A DNA stretch of 64,000 nucleotides from NCBI RefSeq assembly GCF_018977255.1, contig NW_024704742.1, positions 116,066,001-116,130,000 of the forward strand, written 5' to 3'. The notes under the pieces were generated by a model, which did no database searches, was not told the DNA's origin, and saw only the letters and a program-made list of their open reading frames with translations. A program made the position numbers and the translations under genes. Of the stretch, positions 59,283 through 64,000 are shown in pieces; the stretch's first letter is position 1; every line of letters begins with the position of its first letter. The DNA comes from Callorhinchus milii (taxonomy: Eukaryota).

Positions 59283-59795
59283 CAGCCTCTCTTCTTTCCC
59301 TCCTTCCCACACTCTCTCTCCATCCATCCATTCCTCCCTCCCAATCTCTCTTTCTCCATCCATTCCTCCCTCCCTCCCACCCTCTCTCTCTCCTTCCCTC
59401 CCTCCCACCCTCTCTCTCTCTCTCTCTCTCATTCATCCCTCCCTCCCACTCTCTCATTCATCCCTCCCTCCCACTCTCTCTCCATCTATCCCTCCCTCCC
59501 ACCCTCCTCTCTCCATCTATCCCTCCCTCCCTCCCACCCTCTCTCTCTCCTTCTCTCCCTCCCACCCTCTCTCTCCTTCATCCCTCCCTCCCACCCTCTC
59601 TCTCTCTCCCCCCCCTTCTTCCCACCCTCCCACTCCCTCCCACCCCTCTCTCTCTCTCCTTCTCTCCCTCCCACCATCTCTCTCCTTCATCCCTCCCTCC
59701 CTCCCTCCCACCCTCTCTCTCTCTCTCTCTCTCCTTCCTTCCCACCCCTCCCACTCCCTCCCTCTCCCTCCTCCTTCCCTCCCTCCCTCTCTCTG
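59283..59795. repeat. Polypyrimidine (CT/CCCT) low-complexity tract
   Basis: Direct reading. Confidence 0.95.
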
Positions 59796-60039
59796 TGGGC
59801 TGACGGTGCCCATTGGGACGTGGAGCAGTTGGCTGCTGAAGGAGCCGAGAGGTTCAGGTCTGCGGAACCCGATCCTGATTCTCACAGAGGGAGAAACACA
59901 GCAGATCTCAGGTGGGTGGAGAGGGTGAGAGAATCAATGCAACTGCAGGACCTGCCACGCTGCAACTTCGCGTCCTTAAACCTGGAGTCAATCTGCACGT
60001 TTTTTTGTAATCCTATTCTTACGCCACTTACTTGGCGTC

Positions 60040-60345
60040 TCCTCTCCCTCTCTCCCTCTCCCTCTCTCCCTCTCTCCCACTCTCTCCCTCTCCCTCTCTC
60101 CCTCTCACACTCCCTCTCTCCCTCTCTCCCTCTCCCTCTCTCCCTCTCTCCCTCTCTCTCCCTCTCTCCCTCTCTCCCTCTCCCTCTCTCCCACTCTCTC
60201 TCTCTCTCTCCCTCTCCCTCTCTCCCACTCTCTCCTCTCCCTCTCTCTCCCTCTCCCACTCTCTCCCTCTCTCTCTCTCTCCCTCTCTCCCTCTCCCTCT
60301 CTCCACTCTCTCCCTCTCTCTCTCTCTCCCTCTCTCCCTCTCCCA

Positions 60346-60376
<31 letters not shown>

Positions 60377-60455
60377 CCCTCTCCCTCTCTCCCTCTCCCT
60401 CTCTCCCTCCTCTCTCCCTCTCCCCCTCCCTCTCTCCCTCTCTCTCTCCCCCCCA
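60040..60455. repeat. Polypyrimidine (CTCTCC)n tract
   Basis: Direct reading. Confidence 0.95.
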
Positions 60456-60949
60456 CCACCACTTTGCAGCTCCGATTTCGTTGCGTTTTTTTTTGCAACT
60501 CGCTCCCGGTCTCGTCCGCTCAGCCAACACTTTTGCTGTGAAAACTTGGGGGACGTTTGCAGCTCCAGAGTGTCACCGAAACGACAGCGAGAGATCGCAG
60601 CGTAGAAGGCTCGAGGTGATGTGAGCTGGTCCTTACTTTCTTGTGTTTTTTTTTATTATTGTTCTTGCGATCTTTTCAGTAACTCCACGTTACTCCCCTT
60701 CCCTCTCCTGAGCAGTAAGAGATTGTATTATATTAGGGGGAGGGGTGGGGGGGGGGGGGGTGCCCACAGGCAGCTATTCAAATAAAACTTGGGACATTGC
60801 TTTTCGAGATTGACCCAGAAATGCAAATTATTTGTGTGTGTGTGTGTGTGTGTTTTTCCCACATGCACTGCACTGTGTCTTATGTTTTTTTATATATAAA
60901 ACAAATACAACATCTGTAAGATTTTCCTCCCTATTTTGCAGTGCAAAGG

Positions 60950-61512
60950 TAATGTATCGCCTCCTTCAGGTCACTCAGTGAAGTGCAGGAGCGTAAGTGA
61001 CTGAACAAGCAGCCAGGCTAGGGGACAGCTTGTCATTTAGAGCAGTGTCCACCCTGTGGATCTGGGCAGCGTGAGCCCATGTTTTACTGCGGTTTGGAAA
61101 ATCCGACAGGAATACCAGGTGTTGCCATTGTGTCCCTTCTCGGAAGATCACAATCTTTCCCTTCCCATTCTCTTTCCTCAAAGCATTGAACAACTCGTCA
61201 CTCTTCTTGGGGGGGGGTTAACCGGGACTCGTTGTAGCTGAACTGGCGCCAAGGTGACTTGCCTCACGATGGAATATTGGAGCCGAGTTAACCCTCTGTG
61301 GTAGTCTCTGGAGTCTGGTTCCTGAGACGGTCTGATTTCCTGAGGCGAGCCCTCCGTACTCTAAGGCACTGCTGATAATATACAGGCCCGCATGGCATGT
61401 CGGCAGAACTTGGTTGGAAACAGAGATACTTCCTACTCAGCTCCTGTTAACTTTGCAAGCCAAAGCCCTAATTGGTATGGTAGTCCAAGCTGAACAAGCA
61501 ATGGGAAACTGC
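60950..61512 (+). mobile_element. Second decayed copy of the 50530-51851 element
   Basis: AGCTGAACTGGC(T/G)CCAAGGTGAC and ACTCAGCTCCTGTTAA..TGCAAGCCAAAGC are shared with 51276-51510. Confidence 0.7.
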
Positions 61513-63644
61513 AGCAGGAAACAGTGTAAGGCAGTCACAAACAAGGTAGACAGGATGCTGCACTATATTGTTAAATCAGTTGTTCAGATCCCCAGACAGC
61601 ATACTCTGGCTATATATAATATATATATGTACGTGCTCTGATCAGGCTGCACTTTGAGTACTGCATAGAGGTCTGGTCATTGTAACATAAGGGTCATAGG
61701 AGCAGTGGAGAGGAGAGCAACGAGAATGAGCCCCAGTGTTAGATGAATGAGGTATTAGCAACAAGGGACAGTTCTTCAGTCTTGACAGAAGATATTTCAG
61801 AAGAGACCTTATTGAGGTGTATAAAATTTTAATTGGGATTGAAAAAGTAAACTCAAAACAATACTTTAGGATGCAACAAGACAGTAAAATAAGAGGACAT
61901 ATGTTTAGAGTTCTAAAGGGCAAAGGCAGATACCAGGAAGTTTTTCTTTACACAGAGGGTAATGGATGAATGGAATGTTTGCCAGGGGTGGTTGAGGCCA
62001 GGACACTGAACTCATTTAAAAGAAAGACAGCTTGGTGCTGTGATGAGGGGACAGTAGGGTGGGTATTCAGAGAGGATACAGGGATTATTATAAATTTCAC
62101 TATGTGTTGGTTGGGGAGGAGGTAACATTTTTTACCATTTATTCGTAATGGGAATTTCCATGATAAAAGTAGCAACAGGAACGACTAAATGCAAATGTTG
62201 GTGATGGATACGTGATGAATCCTACTGTGGAAGGTTTTCCACTCTCCAAGGAGACCGAATTGAGGCTTAAAGTGAAATGTATAGCTAGAGATGATTGGTT
62301 CATTCATTTGTGGAAACATGGTTAATGAACTCCTGGGACCAAGGAAATGACATGCCAAGGAAGTCAACCAGCTAAAATAATCATATAATTCTTATTTTGC
62401 TTTATTGTTTTGGGGGCAGTGGGAAATTTTGCAGAACTCTTACCCAGGAGATTACATGGGTTAGATAGAGTCCATGGTGAAGTGTATTGTACATGATCTG
62501 GGCTGCAGAAAGATTGAGGTTCAGGGAATTAATTGTCTCTTGCTTCCATGCTTTTCGTGCTCTTAAAAATCTATATGACCCCTCTTTAACTCCACAGCTC
62601 TGCTTCACCCCCTTGTTTTCTCCTTCCCTGATCTTTTGCTGGATTTTGCAGTTTATCCTTGCCTTTCACTGTCATTCTTTTTCTTCAATTTCTCATCACT
62701 TTCTTCCTATTTATCTGCATTTTCTCTGATGTCACAATTGATACAACTCACTGCAATAGCAGGAAGAAAGAAAGATAATGAACCATTTAAGAATTGATTT
62801 TTAAAATTACAAAGCCTTGTATTGCGGAGAAAGTACTTGGGTTTATGTATCCAAGTTATCAACATCTTGAATGTTCTTAAATGCAAATTGTTTGTTTTTT
62901 GTCATCTTATATGTCAACAACACCATTTCCAACAACAGCAACAACAACAAAATTACATTTGCATAGTACCTTTCACTTTGGGAGAACATCCCAGGGTGCT
63001 GAAATTATTGTTGTTTGTTTGTTGTTTGTTTTTATCTGTCAATATTATTTGCTTGCATCTGTCAATATTATTTTTTGAGTCAAGTTTTAGGAGAGCTTCA
63101 GAGTTACCTACAATACACATATTCTCCTTTAAATCGTCATAGGTGCTGCTTTTGCTCAGTGTCTCTCCCTGATGGGATGGCTAAGGTGAAAATTGTCATC
63201 GGGTGAAGAATTTTGGGCATGAACTGTCATTTTACAAATTACTGTGCCTCATAATAGAACACCAAACTGATGCATTGTTGATTGAAATATTTTTCAGTGC
63301 ATCACTTTGGAACATCATTATTTTTGCTGGCAAAGTACTTAAAAGATTTGACATTTAAAAGGAATAAAGAATTTAAATGTAAGGGCATAATAAGAATAAA
63401 ATCACTAGAATAATAAGAAAACTGAAGAATTTGATTGATGAAACAGAAAAAGTTAATACAGATTTAAAAAGACAGTTTAACATTGAAAACATAAAATGAT
63501 TATAATTCTTCAATACTTCATTTAAAATTTTATCATTTTATCAAAGGGCTATTATAGTTTGTTCATATAATATATAGGTGTACAATATTTTGCAGTGTTA
63601 TTGCAATGCACATTATGAGTTATTTTGTAGCCCTAAATATGTGC

Positions 63645-63800
63645 AATAATAATAATCCTTGCATTTGATATAGCACCGTATCATGTCATTGAGATGTCTT
63701 AAAGAGCTTCACAGAATATACTATAAAGTGAATTAACTGGATATACTGTGGGCAAAACGCAGCAGCCAATTGCGCACAGCAGTGTCCCACAGACAGTCAT
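63645..63800 (-). mobile_element. SINE 3' fragment (reverse); similar fragments at ~7470-7655(+), 16030-16165(-), 23790-23945(+), 29210-29320(-), 56335-56500(+), 57570-57703(-)
   Basis: Shared tail AATAATCCTTGCATTTGATATAGC and CAGCCAATTGCGCACAGC. Confidence 0.75.
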
Positions 63801-64000
63801 GGATTCAATGTCTCCTAACCAGGAAGGCGTGGTTTAAATAATTCCTTGGAATATCTTTCAGTTTTTCAGTTTGATTCTTTAAAAGATGTGGAAAGTACAG
63901 GCCAAAAACTTGAGCTTAAAGTTTAGTGAGGAAATAGATCAGAAAATAAAGCAAAAGGAAGTGAAAATTGTACAACACAACAGATAATGAAACGTGTGCC

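Larger units (their letters stand above)
58380..60650 (+). promoter_or_regulatory. Putative promoter/5' non-coding exon region of the next gene (ARHGEF28 expected from mammalian synteny, unverified)
   Basis: Two CCAAT boxes (AGCCAATC 58384, AGCCAATG 58450). GC/CpG-richer patches at 58870-59170, 59795-60040 and 60465-60630. Possible donors CAG|GTAGTG (~59123) and GAG|GTGATG (~60615). No coding exon recognised. Confidence 0.35.

Noticed and set aside
59937..60040. ATG-initiated MQLQDLPRCNFASLNLESICTFFCNP as a possible first coding exon
   Set aside because: No resemblance to the ARHGEF28 N-terminus as I recall it, and it runs into the CT tract without a donor.
59061..60605. ORFs of 120-260 aa rich in S/L/P or E/R/G
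   Set aside because: Translations of CT/GA low-complexity tracts.

Overview
Vertebrate genomic DNA, about 40% GC with spliceosomal introns. The CR1/L2 LINE and tRNA-headed Deu-type SINE content suggests a cartilaginous fish, possibly a holocephalan (inference). Three complete multi-exon genes could be assembled by hand with GT-AG junctions and continuous reading frames. (1) An LDLRAD1-like type II membrane protein gene (minus, CDS 8293->908, 6 coding exons, 208 aa). (2) ANKRA2 (minus, CDS 22704->11438, 8 coding exons, 314 aa). (3) UTP15 (plus, CDS 27699->43045, 12 coding exons, 524 aa). ANKRA2 and UTP15 are head-to-head on one CpG-island promoter (~25.1-26.35 kb). A promoter-like, microsatellite-rich region at ~58.4-60.65 kb may be the 5' end of the next gene (ARHGEF28 by mammalian synteny; no coding exon seen). 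The rest is retroelement debris (CR1, L2, a SINE sharing the L2 3' stem-loop, and a degraded non-LTR element with a CCHC knuckle), minisatellites and a few inverted repeats. The best novelty candidate is the LDLRAD1-like gene: it sits at a non-mammalian position next to ANKRA2, starts with a PKD2-like SSRVxP motif and has RFX X-boxes just upstream of its ATG, which together suggest a ciliary LDLa-domain membrane protein. No CRISPR, rRNA or intact tRNA gene is supported. Repeat boundaries are approximate, and family names come from recognition, not database searches.
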